A DNA stretch of 64,000 bases. Source: Candidatus Omnitrophota bacterium (lineage in GTDB: Bacteria > Omnitrophota > Gorgyraeia > Gygaellales > Profunditerraquicolaceae). The stretch spans positions 619-64,618 of the forward strand of contig QZKA01000024.1 in NCBI GenBank assembly GCA_003598135.1, read 5' to 3'. This document shows, piece after piece, positions 9,145 to 18,554 of the stretch. Each line of letters begins with the position of its first letter. Position 1 is the first letter of the stretch. The notes beneath the pieces are model-generated. The model did not search any database. It saw only the letters and a list, made by a program, of their open reading frames with translations, and was not told the origin of the DNA. The translations under genes and the position numbers were made by a program.

Positions 9145-10850
9145 TTGTTTATCGCTTTTAGCAGTTCTCCCAATGGCAGTGTGTTGAGCACGTCTTTGGA
9201 AGTAAGCCAGCCCCTGCGGGCAACTGCGATACCGAACCTGGCTGCCTGAAGATGTTCTATGGAATGCGAATCGGTATTGATAGCCAGCTTCACTCCTCGT
9301 TCTTTTGCGCGGCGGCAATGGCTGTCGTTTAAGTCAAGCCGCAGCGGGAAAGAATTAATTTCTAAGGCGGTATTGGTATCTTTGGCTTGCGTGAGGATTG
9401 CGTCAAAATCTATTTCATAGGCATTGCGCGTTCCCCAGAGCCTGCCAGTGGGATGAGAAATAATGTGGACGTATTTGTTATCACAGGCTTTCAGCATCCT
9501 ATGGGTAAGTTTTTCTTTAGACTGTTTAAAGCCGCTATGGATAGCTGCAATGACGATATCGAATTCCTTTAAGATTTCGTCAGGATAATCAAGGCCTCCT
9601 TGCGAATCTATGTCTACCTCTGTCCCGTAAAGGACTTTGCACCGGCGTAATGTGTTATTGACTTTTTCGATTTCGCGCTTTTTCTTCAGAAGGTCTTTTA
9701 CCGAAAGGCCGTTTGCAATCGTAAGCCCTTGCGAATGGTCAGTTACAGCGATATAGGAATACCCTTGTCTTATTGCAGCATGCGCCATCTCTTGTATGGT
9801 ATGATTACCATCTGACCAGCTTGAGTGGGTATGCAAATCCCCCCTTAGATCATCCTGCGTAATCAATTTGGGTAGTTTTCCTTTTCTGGCAAGTTCGATT
9901 TCACCCGTATCCTCTCTTAGTTCCGGTTCGATATATTCCATCCCCAGCAGTTTGAAGATCTCCCCTTCTTTCCTTCCCGCAACAAAAGCCTTTCCTCTGA
10001 AAACGCCGTATTCGTTAATCTTTAAACTTTTCCGTATTGCTATTTGCCTTAATTTGATATTAAAATTTTTTGAGCCGGTAAAATACAGAAGCGCTGCCCC
10101 AAACGATTTTTCCATGACTACGCGGCAATCAACCTGGATGCCGTCATCCGTGCGCACGGATGATTTTGTGCTGCCTGAGGCAATAACCTCTTGTACCTGA
10201 GGCAGGCTTGTGAAGTGATGCATGATTTTTTGGGGTTTTTCCGAGACAATGAGGATATCGATATCCTTGATTGTTTCTTTCTGGCGCCGCAAGGAGCCTG
10301 CACAGGAAATCTTTTTAACCCCGGGTAAGTCCTGAAGCGGCTTTAGGAAGCTCTCAGCGACCTGCCAGGCAACCGAAAGCGGCATACGTTCTTTACCGGC
10401 TTTAAAAAGGCTTATCCCTGCGGTGATATTTTCAATAGTCTTTTCCTTGATGCCGAATATTCCCTTCAGCTTACCTTTAGCAATCGCAGACTCAAGGCCA
10501 GCCACATTTTGTATACGCAGCTCATCGTAAAGCAGCTTAGCGGTTTTTGGTCCGACTGAAGGGACGCGCAGCAACTCAAGCAGGCCGTCAGGGAATGATT
10601 TTTTCAATTCTTCGTACGCCCTAACCTTGCCCGTTCCGATAAATTCATTGATTTTCCTTTCCAGGTCTTCACCGATGCCGGGAATCTCTCTGAGCCTGCC
10701 TTCTTGCGCAATGATTTCGATATCTTCGTTGAGCCCCTCGATGGCCTGCGCTGCACGTTCATATGCCCTAGTGCGGAATGGGTTATCTTGGCGTATTTCA
10801 AACAGCTGGGATAGATTCCTGAAGGTTTCGGCGATTTTTAGGTTTAACAT
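9141..10850 (-). CDS. polX: DNA polymerase/3'-5' exonuclease PolX (PolX + PHP)
   Basis: NPFRTRAY, HhH GIG motifs, AGSLRR, DIDIL, YFTGS, GDLHTHSSWSDG, TDHS, HPTGR, NTDSH. Confidence 0.95.
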   Translation of the reverse strand: MLNLKIAETFRNLSQLFEIRQDNPFRTRAYERAAQAIEGLNEDIEIIAQEGRLREIPGIGEDLERKINEFIGTGKVRAYEELKKSFPDGLLELLRVPSVGPKTAKLLYDELRIQNVAGLESAIAKGKLKGIFGIKEKTIENITAGISLFKAGKERMPLSVAWQVAESFLKPLQDLPGVKKISCAGSLRRQKETIKDIDILIVSEKPQKIMHHFTSLPQVQEVIASGSTKSSVRTDDGIQVDCRVVMEKSFGAALLYFTGSKNFNIKLRQIAIRKSLKINEYGVFRGKAFVAGRKEGEIFKLLGMEYIEPELREDTGEIELARKGKLPKLITQDDLRGDLHTHSSWSDGNHTIQEMAHAAIRQGYSYIAVTDHSQGLTIANGLSVKDLLKKKREIEKVNNTLRRCKVLYGTEVDIDSQGGLDYPDEILKEFDIVIAAIHSGFKQSKEKLTHRMLKACDNKYVHIISHPTGRLWGTRNAYEIDFDAILTQAKDTNTALEINSFPLRLDLNDSHCRRAKERGVKLAINTDSHSIEHLQAARFGIAVARRGWLTSKDVLNTLPLGELLKAINK

Positions 10851-10864
10851 CTGAAAAACGAAGA

Positions 10865-11638
10865 TTACGCGCGCAAAGGAAGAGCGTCTGCCTTTTGCAT
10901 CCCTTCTAATACCCTTTGCGCCTTGAAACTTCTTTCAAGGTGATAGGTAAGGAAGGCGTTTAAGATTAAATTTAGTTCCCTCTTAATCTGCGGATTTATC
11001 CCTAAATTAAGGTTATTCTTCAGCTCATTCTTCTCGATATGCAGGATAGTGGCAACCGTGCCCCGGAAAATAAGGCGCGCATTTTTGTCTTTATGGTTAC
11101 AGGTAGTGCAGATGAGGCCGCCGAGCGCTAAACTGAATTTTGATTGGCTTAAGATTTTATTGCCGCAGGATACGCAGGAATCCAGGTGAGGCTTAAAGCC
11201 CGATAAGGAGAGAAGCTTTATTTTGAAAATAGTGGTGATTTTCTCCGGATTGGCACATGACCCCAGCTCTTGAAGCGAGGAATGAGCGAGCGAGAATATC
11301 TCTTCGTTCTTTTCTTCGGCAGGCATTACCGCGTGTAATAATTCTATCATTACGCTTGCGAGGCTTACTCTCGTAACATCGCGGCGGATTGCATCAAAAT
11401 TGTTCTTTAGGTCGCACTGACTAACCAGCTGGATATCCGAATTCTGTTTCCGGTAGAAAATAATCTCATTGAGCGAAAATAGATCCACGGAGCTGGCGAA
11501 TTTCTTCGGTTCAGTGCGTATCCCTTTTAATAGGCCGCTGATTTTTCCGAACTCAAGGGTGAAGAAATCCGCAATGAGGGACGTTTCACGAAAGGGCCGG
11601 CGGTTGAGTACTATCGCTTCTGTTTTATGGATCGACAT
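10865..11638 (-). CDS. recO: DNA repair protein RecO
   Basis: TEAIVL..ETSLI..FT..FGKI, GFKPHLDSCVSCG, GGLICTTC. Confidence 0.93.
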   Translation of the reverse strand: MSIHKTEAIVLNRRPFRETSLIADFFTLEFGKISGLLKGIRTEPKKFASSVDLFSLNEIIFYRKQNSDIQLVSQCDLKNNFDAIRRDVTRVSLASVMIELLHAVMPAEEKNEEIFSLAHSSLQELGSCANPEKITTIFKIKLLSLSGFKPHLDSCVSCGNKILSQSKFSLALGGLICTTCNHKDKNARLIFRGTVATILHIEKNELKNNLNLGINPQIKRELNLILNAFLTYHLERSFKAQRVLEGMQKADALPLRA

Positions 11639-11648
11639 TTTGTGGTAG

Positions 11649-12077
11649 AAGGTTAAGGTTAAAGTTAAGTAAGGTTAAGGCCTAGGCTAAGGTTAAGTTT
11701 CGTATTGAGTATAGAGTATTGTGTATTGAGTACAATGACAAATACCAAAGCACCGATGACAGGAATGACAAATCACAAATGACAAAACTCAAATTCCAAA
11801 TAAATCCCAATGCCCAAAGGGCCAATGATAAATTCTAAACGACAAAACCTAATGGGGCGATAATCAATAGCCTATAGTCGATAGACCCTGCAAATGAAAT
11901 TTGCGCATTTATGCCTTGTCATTACGAGAGCTGCCTTAACCTCAACCTCGACCTTACTTAGCCTTAACCTTGACCTTAGCCTATTATAGTACAGTGTCCT
12001 GTATGGGTTATGCGTACAGCGTTACGCGCCGTTCTCCGTACGCATATCGCACTCAATACTCTGTACTCTATACTCAC
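11649..12077. repeat. composite intergenic repeat element with interleaved inverted hexamer and heptamer arrays
   Basis: GGTTAA array 11649-11697 vs inverted array about 11934-11981; GTATTGA block 11702-11732 vs inverted 12051-12075; 11702-11827 is near identical to the reverse complement of 18716-18891. Confidence 0.8.
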
Positions 12078-12079
12078 TA

Positions 12080-12508
12080 CTAACAAATATTATTTTTCTT
12101 CAAAATCCCCACTGCCCTTCTGTGCATTTCTTTTTTGCCTTTGGCAGTTTTATCATCAAAGCCCTGCAGATGAAGGATGCCGTGGGCTATATACAAGTAA
12201 AGTTCAAAAAGGGGCGAAGTACCAAACTCAGCCGCATTACGGAACGCCGTTTCAGTCGAAATAATAATATCTGCAGAAAACTCCTCTTTTTTTACGCCAA
12301 GCTCAAACGCTAATACGTCAGTGGGTTTTTTCTTGCCAAGAAAGCGGGAATTCAGTTTTTGTATCTGCGCGTCGTTTACGAAGCAAAAAGTCAATTCACC
12401 GGATTTTTTTAAGTCCCTGCGGGATAAGGCGCTAAAGGTTAACTTCTTTATCCTTGTCGGATTGATGGGAATTTTCTTTTGCAGGTTTTTTATGATTATT
12501 CTCAACAT
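12080..12508 (-). CDS. ybeY: rRNA maturation endoribonuclease YbeY
   Basis: PTDVLAF, HGILHLQGFD; start at ATG 12508. Confidence 0.92.
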   Translation of the reverse strand: MLRIIIKNLQKKIPINPTRIKKLTFSALSRRDLKKSGELTFCFVNDAQIQKLNSRFLGKKKPTDVLAFELGVKKEEFSADIIISTETAFRNAAEFGTSPLFELYLYIAHGILHLQGFDDKTAKGKKEMHRRAVGILKKNNIC

Positions 12509-13877
12509 TCGCCTCTGGATAGGTGATGCGCACATGGTAGATACTGTTCAGGATGCGGATAAACACCTTTGAAATCTGTTCCAAATCCTTTAAGGTAAGC
12601 TCGCATTCATCAAGCTGGCCGTCGATAAATTTGTTATTGATGATCTTATGAACCACTTCTTCAATCTTGGCAGGGTTCGGCTCTTTTAAGGCGCGAGTAG
12701 CAGCCTCTACCGAATCCGCCAGCAATACCACAGCAGTCTCTTTGCTGTTTGGTTTCGGCCCGGGGTAACGGAACCCTTCCTCCTGGATTTTTTGGTCCTC
12801 TTCTACGCTTTCCACTGCGCGGCGGTAAAAATAATAGACAAGGCTGTTGCCATGGTGTTGATGGATGAAGTTTATGATTGCAGGGTTTAGCCTGCTGCGT
12901 TTTGCTAATTCGATGCCTTCTTTTACATGGTTCATAATTACCAGCTTGCTCATCGTGGGAGAAAGCTCGTCATGTTTACTTTGGCTTAAGTCCTGGTTTT
13001 CGCTGAAGTATTCAGGCTTTTCCAGCTTTCCGATGTCGTGGTAATATGCGCCTATGCGCGCAAGGAGCGCATTGGCATTGATGGCCTCGCAGGCAGCTTC
13101 AGAGAGATTGCCAACAATAAGGCTGTGGTGGTAAGTCCCCGGCACTTCAAGCATAAGGCGATGCAGGAGCGGCTGATTAAAATCGGATAATTCAAGAAGG
13201 GTAATATTGGTGATGGTTTTAAAGAGGTATTCAAAAATAGACAAAGTCCCCAATACGATGATGCTGCAGGCAAGGCCGTTTAAAAAGAACGCAGAATATA
13301 CAGTAGTGTGTTTTATAAGGTCGCCCGGATAAAGCAATAGATACGATAAGGCCTGGACGAAACCGATGATAAGCCCCGCCTTGATAATGGTGAACCTTCT
13401 CCTTGCCCCGACTACAAGTGTGATCGAAAGGATACCGCTGATAAGGAACAAAACCTCGACCAGAAGTTTGTTGCCAAAAATGAATGCCAGGGAAACGGCT
13501 GCGGCAAGATTGAGCAAAAACGGTATGGTAAGGCGAGGGAACAAAAGCGTTGCCAGCATAGGAAAGGCAGCGTAAGGTAGATAAAAAATCGGCAATTTCT
13601 GCTGTGCGAGCCAATAGGCGGTGACAAAATTAATCACAAAAAGAAACGAAGGATTTAATAGTTTATAGGCGAGCCGGTTATGCGTAAGGTAAAGATATTT
13701 AAAATAAATCGTCAGCGACAGCAGGAATAATCCCAAGAGGGTGTTGATATGCAGGACATAACAGAGCGTAAAAACAAGGATAGTCCCAAATAAGAATCCG
13801 ACGATTTCGCGGGTGCGCATCGAAGGGCTCATGCCCTGAGGCTGCTTTTTTTTGTTATTGACGGTTTGCGTGTTCAT
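12432..13877 (-). CDS. 7TM-HD (HDIG) membrane phosphohydrolase, PgpH-like
   Basis: Multiple TM helices, then PGTYHHS, YYHDIGK, FSENQ, QHHG, FRYPGPKP, LADSVEAA; usual phoH-HD-ybeY synteny. Confidence 0.9.
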   Translation of the reverse strand: MNTQTVNNKKKQPQGMSPSMRTREIVGFLFGTILVFTLCYVLHINTLLGLFLLSLTIYFKYLYLTHNRLAYKLLNPSFLFVINFVTAYWLAQQKLPIFYLPYAAFPMLATLLFPRLTIPFLLNLAAAVSLAFIFGNKLLVEVLFLISGILSITLVVGARRRFTIIKAGLIIGFVQALSYLLLYPGDLIKHTTVYSAFFLNGLACSIIVLGTLSIFEYLFKTITNITLLELSDFNQPLLHRLMLEVPGTYHHSLIVGNLSEAACEAINANALLARIGAYYHDIGKLEKPEYFSENQDLSQSKHDELSPTMSKLVIMNHVKEGIELAKRSRLNPAIINFIHQHHGNSLVYYFYRRAVESVEEDQKIQEEGFRYPGPKPNSKETAVVLLADSVEAATRALKEPNPAKIEEVVHKIINNKFIDGQLDECELTLKDLEQISKVFIRILNSIYHVRITYPEANVENNHKKPAKENSHQSDKDKEVNL

Positions 13878-14793
13878 ATGCCTGGATTATTTTCTGGACA
13901 AGTTCGTGCCTGACGATATCCTCTCCTGTCAAAAATACGAATTTGATGCCTTCTATGTCGCGCAATATCTCCTGCGCCTGCAACAGCCCGATAGGCTTGC
14001 CGTCGGGCAGGTCGCTCTGCGTAATATCTCCGGTAATGACCGCTTTTGAATAAAACCCGATCCGGGTCAAAAACATTTTCATCTGCTCTGCGGTCGCGTT
14101 CTGTGCTTCATCGAGGACAATAAAGGCGTCGTTTAAGGTCCTGCCTCTCATATATGCAAGCGGCGCCACTTCGATGATCCCTGTTTCGATATATTTTTCT
14201 ATCCTTTCGGCATCCATCATGTCGTAAAGGGCATCATAGAGCGGCCGCAGATAGGGTGAGATTTTTTCATACATGTCCCCTGGCAAAAAACCAAGAGATT
14301 CACCGGCTTCGATTGCAGGCCGGGTAAGGATGATACGGCGCACTTCCTGTTTCTTGAGGGCCTCTACGGCTTGGGCCATTGCCAGGTATGTTTTTCCGGT
14401 ACCTGCTGGCCCGACTCCAAAAACTATGTCGTACTTCTTGATTGAATCAATGTATTCCCGCTGGCCCTTGGTCTTTGGCCCGATTGTCTTTTCGATGCCG
14501 AGCTTAGTTGAAGTTAAGGGCACCCTCTGATGTTTCTTTTCTCTCTTCAATTCTTCCCTTGCGTAATGCGGCACGCGCGGTTCTTCCTGCGGGCTCCTAA
14601 TGGAATCAAGTAGATCTTCTAGGTATTTGCGTGCCTTGCTGATCCTGACAGATGAACCGGATATCTGGAGATGGTTATCATGTATGGTCAGGCGGACCTT
14701 CAGTTCTTCTTCCAGCCTTTTTAGGCTTTCATCAAACCGCCCGCACAGCTGCTGTACTTCCGCAATGCTTTCTAACTTAATGATTTTTTTCAC
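13855..14793 (-). CDS. phoH: PhoH family ATPase
   Basis: GPAGTGKTYLA, LTRPAIEAGESLGFLPG, AYMRGRTL, DEAQN, GDITQSDLP; probable GTG start at 14793. Confidence 0.94.
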   Translation of the reverse strand: MKKIIKLESIAEVQQLCGRFDESLKRLEEELKVRLTIHDNHLQISGSSVRISKARKYLEDLLDSIRSPQEEPRVPHYAREELKREKKHQRVPLTSTKLGIEKTIGPKTKGQREYIDSIKKYDIVFGVGPAGTGKTYLAMAQAVEALKKQEVRRIILTRPAIEAGESLGFLPGDMYEKISPYLRPLYDALYDMMDAERIEKYIETGIIEVAPLAYMRGRTLNDAFIVLDEAQNATAEQMKMFLTRIGFYSKAVITGDITQSDLPDGKPIGLLQAQEILRDIEGIKFVFLTGEDIVRHELVQKIIQAYEHANRQ

Positions 14794-14800
14794 TGTCCCG

Positions 14801-15388
14801 TTATTTAAATTTCTGCATGCCTTCCGTAGCAACGGGCCCTTCAACAGGTATAACCAGTGTTTGTCCGGGGTAAATCTTATTGGGAGCTTTTAGGGTATTT
14901 TTGTTCGCCTCAAAGATCTTTTGCCATTTTTTTGTCGTTCCAAAAAATTTAAGGGAGATTTTTTGAAGCGTATCGCTTTTCTGGACTTTGTAGTTTTGAA
15001 AACTTGCTTTTTTGGCTGCTTGCGCGGGTTCGGCAATTTCAGGCGCATAGCTACTTGAGATATACCCACGGTTGCCCCACGCTTCTTTGTCTTCGGTTTT
15101 TTCGGCAATAGTTCCCCTCATAGCGACCTTTGAAGCGCTCTCTGAAGACGCAGGTGTTTTTTCAAATTTGAGCGGTGAATGTAATTCCATCTCAACCACC
15201 CTTAAGGAACGGGTAGCTTTACGGTCGGCCTTCTCGCCTGCAACAGGCCTGCCCTTAAGATAGCCACGGTTTCCCTGCAGATCCTGATCAACCCTGTTTT
15301 TTGTCGTTTGATACGTCCTCACCACGCAACCGGAAAGCAAAAACGCCGATGCCAAGAGCACAAAATACATTTGTTTTAGCGAATTCAT
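14801..15388 (-). CDS. LysM-domain lipoprotein
   Basis: Lipobox LLSGC; C-terminal YKVQKSDTLQKIS..W.KIFEAN..IYPGQTLVIP. Confidence 0.88.
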   Translation of the reverse strand: MNSLKQMYFVLLASAFLLSGCVVRTYQTTKNRVDQDLQGNRGYLKGRPVAGEKADRKATRSLRVVEMELHSPLKFEKTPASSESASKVAMRGTIAEKTEDKEAWGNRGYISSSYAPEIAEPAQAAKKASFQNYKVQKSDTLQKISLKFFGTTKKWQKIFEANKNTLKAPNKIYPGQTLVIPVEGPVATEGMQKFK

Positions 15389-15389
15389 A

Positions 15390-16784
15390 CTAAGCCTCCT
15401 TTTTTTTGGCTAAATTGATTTTTAATTCTTTGAGCTGCCTTGCGTCAACCTCTGAAGGTGCTTGTGTAAGCGGACAGAATGCCTTCTGCGTCTTCGGGAA
15501 GCCGATTACTTCCCGGATACTCGCCTCATTGGCAAGTATTGCCAAGAGCCTATCTATGCCGAATGCGATACCTCCGTGCGGAGGCGCGCCGTATTGAAAC
15601 GCATCCAGAAGAAAACCGAAACGCTTGCGTGTTTCTTCATGCTGAATGCCGATTATCTTGAAAATCATTTCCTGAAGCGCCTGTTCGTGGATCCTTATCG
15701 AGCCGGAACCGATTTCCATGCCGTTTAATACTAGGTCATAAGAACGGGATAACGCCTCTGCTGGATTCGTTTCAAGCTTTTCAGCCTGGAGCGGATGTGG
15801 CGCAGTAAAAGGATGGTGTTCGCTCTCCCAGCGTTTTTCTTCATCATTATATTTAAACAGCGGAAAATCAACAACCCAGGCAAAGGCTAATTCCAGGCCC
15901 GACTCCTGCCGTAAGTCCGGCTTGTCGCTGGAATACCTGCGCATCGCCTCTTTATAAGAGATGCGCGGGAACGGCGTTTTTAACTCGATACCCTTTACCT
16001 TCTTTATTATTAGATACATCAATTCCTCTGTCAAACTAAATATATCCTCTTCGTTGACGAAGGACATTTCGATATCCAGCTGGGTAAATTCTGGCTGGCG
16101 GTCAGCGCGCAGGTCTTCGTCGCGGAAACATTTTGCGATCTGGTAATACCGTTCAATGCCTGAGACCATAAGGATCTGCTTGAATAGCTGCGGCGACTGG
16201 GGAAGCGCGTAAAATTGACCGGGGTTAAGCCTTGAAGGGACTAAATAATCACGCGCGCCTTCCGGTGTCGATTTAGTAAGTATGGGGGTTTCACATTCAA
16301 TAAAGTCCTTTTCCGCCAAAAAGGCCCTCATGACCTTATACACCTTGTCCCTCAAGGTAAAATTAGAAAAAACGTTTTTTCTGCGTAGGTCAAGATACCG
16401 GTACTTAAGCCGTAGTTCTTCGTCAATAGGTAGGTCCTCTTTTATCTCAAACGGCGGGGTGAGGCTGGGGTTGAGGATCTTAAGCCCGGTTGCAAGAATT
16501 TCTATTTCTCCCGTAGGCAACTTTGGATTGAGGGTACCTTGTGGTCTTTGATTTACCTTGCCGTTGACCATGACTACGTATTCATCCCGCAGCGTCTGTG
16601 CGGACTTATACGCCTCGCCGATATCTTTGGGGATAAAAACTACCTGGGTAAGGCCATACCTGTCCCTTATATCTATAAAAATAAGCTTACCGTGGTCGCG
16701 CCTGCTGGCAACCCAGCCGCATAGCGTTACTTCGCTACCGATGTCTTTCGCCGTTAATTCACCGCATGTGTGGGAACGTAGCAT
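15390..16784 (-). CDS. aspS: aspartate--tRNA ligase (short, GAD-less, probably non-discriminating)
   Basis: MLRSHTCGEL, RRDHG, KSTPEGARDY, ALPQSPQLFKQ, FRDEDLRADRQPEFTQ, GAPPHGG. Confidence 0.96.
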   Translation of the reverse strand: MLRSHTCGELTAKDIGSEVTLCGWVASRRDHGKLIFIDIRDRYGLTQVVFIPKDIGEAYKSAQTLRDEYVVMVNGKVNQRPQGTLNPKLPTGEIEILATGLKILNPSLTPPFEIKEDLPIDEELRLKYRYLDLRRKNVFSNFTLRDKVYKVMRAFLAEKDFIECETPILTKSTPEGARDYLVPSRLNPGQFYALPQSPQLFKQILMVSGIERYYQIAKCFRDEDLRADRQPEFTQLDIEMSFVNEEDIFSLTEELMYLIIKKVKGIELKTPFPRISYKEAMRRYSSDKPDLRQESGLELAFAWVVDFPLFKYNDEEKRWESEHHPFTAPHPLQAEKLETNPAEALSRSYDLVLNGMEIGSGSIRIHEQALQEMIFKIIGIQHEETRKRFGFLLDAFQYGAPPHGGIAFGIDRLLAILANEASIREVIGFPKTQKAFCPLTQAPSEVDARQLKELKINLAKKKEA

Positions 16785-16800
16785 TTTGTTAAAAAATTAC

Positions 16801-16946
16801 TTAAGGTTGAGGTTAAGGCTAAAGGTTAAGTAAGGTCAAGGATTAGGTAGTGAGTTTAGTGTATGGTGGTATGTTATTGGCCAAAAGAAAAACAACACCA
16901 ATTACCTTACCCAACAACCAAACCGACAACCTTACCTTTACCTAAC
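16801..16946. repeat. intergenic hexamer arrays (GGTTAA-type and inverted CCTTA-type)
   Basis: ttaaggttgaggttaaggctaaaggttaagtaaggtcaagg resembles 11649-11697; ccttacctttacctaac at the other end. Confidence 0.65.
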
Positions 16947-18205
16947 TACTTTACCTGATAAATAGCACCGATTTCCTGGATCATTTGTTCAATCTTAACT
17001 TCCTTCTGTTGCCCCGACTGCATATCTTTTAGGCTGATTGTTTCTTTACTCAACTCGTCTTCTCCCAGGATCGCTACAAACCTGGCATTGAAATCATTTG
17101 CTTTGCGCATTGCGCCCTTAAGGGATTTGCTCTCGTAATCTGTATCAGCAGCTATTCCATGATTACGTAAATTATTAAGAATCTTAAACCCTTCTTCCCT
17201 GGCCCGGTCGCCCAAAAGGATCAAAAAAACGAGCGGTTTAGGCGCAGGAATTACCTTTTCTTCTTTACACACCAACAATAATCTTTCTATCCCGAACGCA
17301 AATCCACACGCCCCTTTGTCAGGGCCGCCAAGCTCCTGAGTGAGAGTGTCGTACCTGCCGCCTGCGCCGAGTGCATCCTGCTGGCTCTCAAGTGACTTGT
17401 GTTTGAATTCAAACACCGTGCCCGTATAATAATCAAGGCCCCTGACCAATAAATGCGAAACTTCGTACTTGACTCCTAGCGCACCAAGCCCTTTCTTGAC
17501 CAGTTCAAAGTGCTGTGCGCATTCTTTGCATAAATGTTCGTTTTTAAGGCCGAGGTCTTTAACAAGGGCGCGGCAGGATTCATTTTTGCAATCAAGGATC
17601 CTGAATACATTGCGCTCATAACGCGCCCGGCATTCTTCGCAAAACCGCCCGACCTTGCCTTTAAGCGCAGCTCGTAATAGGTCTGAAAATTTCTTTTTGT
17701 CCTGCGGACAGCCAAGGCTGTTTAAGTGCAGGGTGTAGCCATCGATAAAAAAACGAGTAAGCAGGGTATTTGCCAGCGAGATAACCTCGACATCTACATA
17801 GGGGTCCTTTGAGCCGATTGCCTCACAGCCAATATGATGAAATTGCCTGAATCTTCCCTTTTGCGGACGTTCAAGCCTAAACATAGGGCCAATGTAATAT
17901 AGTTTCGAAAACGGCTGCTGCTTATCAAGGCTATTCTCAATATAGGCACGGACAATTGAGGCAGTAGCTTCTGGCCTGAGCGCGAACTCATCATCGCCTT
18001 TTTTTACTAGAAACATCTGTTTCTGGACGATTTCTGCGGTTTCCCCCAAAGATCGATTGAATAAAGACGAATCTTCAAGTAATGGAGGGCGCATCTCTTT
18101 ATAATTATAGAGATTGAATACTTCCCTGCTGATTGCTTCCAGGCTTTGCCATAGACTGACTTGTGCAGGCAGGATATCTTTTGTTCCGGCTACTCTTTTA
18201 AACAT
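16946..18205 (-). CDS. hisS: histidine--tRNA ligase
   Basis: GTKDILP, LRPEATA, FRLERPQKGRFRQFH, LVRGLDYYTG, GAGGRYD, GFAFGIER. Confidence 0.97.
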   Translation of the reverse strand: MFKRVAGTKDILPAQVSLWQSLEAISREVFNLYNYKEMRPPLLEDSSLFNRSLGETAEIVQKQMFLVKKGDDEFALRPEATASIVRAYIENSLDKQQPFSKLYYIGPMFRLERPQKGRFRQFHHIGCEAIGSKDPYVDVEVISLANTLLTRFFIDGYTLHLNSLGCPQDKKKFSDLLRAALKGKVGRFCEECRARYERNVFRILDCKNESCRALVKDLGLKNEHLCKECAQHFELVKKGLGALGVKYEVSHLLVRGLDYYTGTVFEFKHKSLESQQDALGAGGRYDTLTQELGGPDKGACGFAFGIERLLLVCKEEKVIPAPKPLVFLILLGDRAREEGFKILNNLRNHGIAADTDYESKSLKGAMRKANDFNARFVAILGEDELSKETISLKDMQSGQQKEVKIEQMIQEIGAIYQVK

Positions 18206-18208
18206 AGA

Positions 18209-18481
18209 TTATTTTATCTTTTTCTTCATTTCGAGGCCGGGCTTGAAGACTACTACTTTGCGGGGCGGAACAGGAACGACTTGACCTGTGCGCGGATTTC
18301 TGCCGGTTCGGCTTCTTCTCTGTTTTATTTTAAAAACGCCGAAATTCCTCAGCTCTATTTTTTCCCCGCGCACCAGAGCGTCTATTATGCAGTCGAAACA
18401 TTTTTGCACAACTCTTTTTACATCGGTTTGCTTCAGGTTAGTATCGTCAGAAATTTTCAGGATGATATCTTTTTTAGTCAT
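18209..18481 (-). CDS. HU/IHF family DNA-binding protein
   Basis: MTKKDII, IELRNFGVF, GRNPRTG, VVFKPG; GGAGG RBS. Confidence 0.94.
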   Translation of the reverse strand: MTKKDIILKISDDTNLKQTDVKRVVQKCFDCIIDALVRGEKIELRNFGVFKIKQRRSRTGRNPRTGQVVPVPPRKVVVFKPGLEMKKKIK

Positions 18482-18517
18482 TTTTCCCTCCATTTTTTTC
18501 AGGCTAACTACGCAAGT

Positions 18518-18546
18518 ATAGTATCAACAAAATGTTACGATGTCAA
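18518..18546 (-). promoter_or_regulatory. putative sigma70 promoter for HU/IHF-hisS-aspS
   Basis: Minus strand TTGACA (18546-18541), 17 bp, TACTAT (18523-18518) with an upstream TG. Confidence 0.65.
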
Positions 18547-18554
18547 TAGAATTT

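Noticed and set aside
9145-9318. Long N-terminal extensions in the ORF track (apbE, glyQS, thiC, thiE, DUF1844, ExeA, phoH)
   Set aside because: They overlap upstream genes or promoters; downstream starts with an RBS or stop/start coupling fit better
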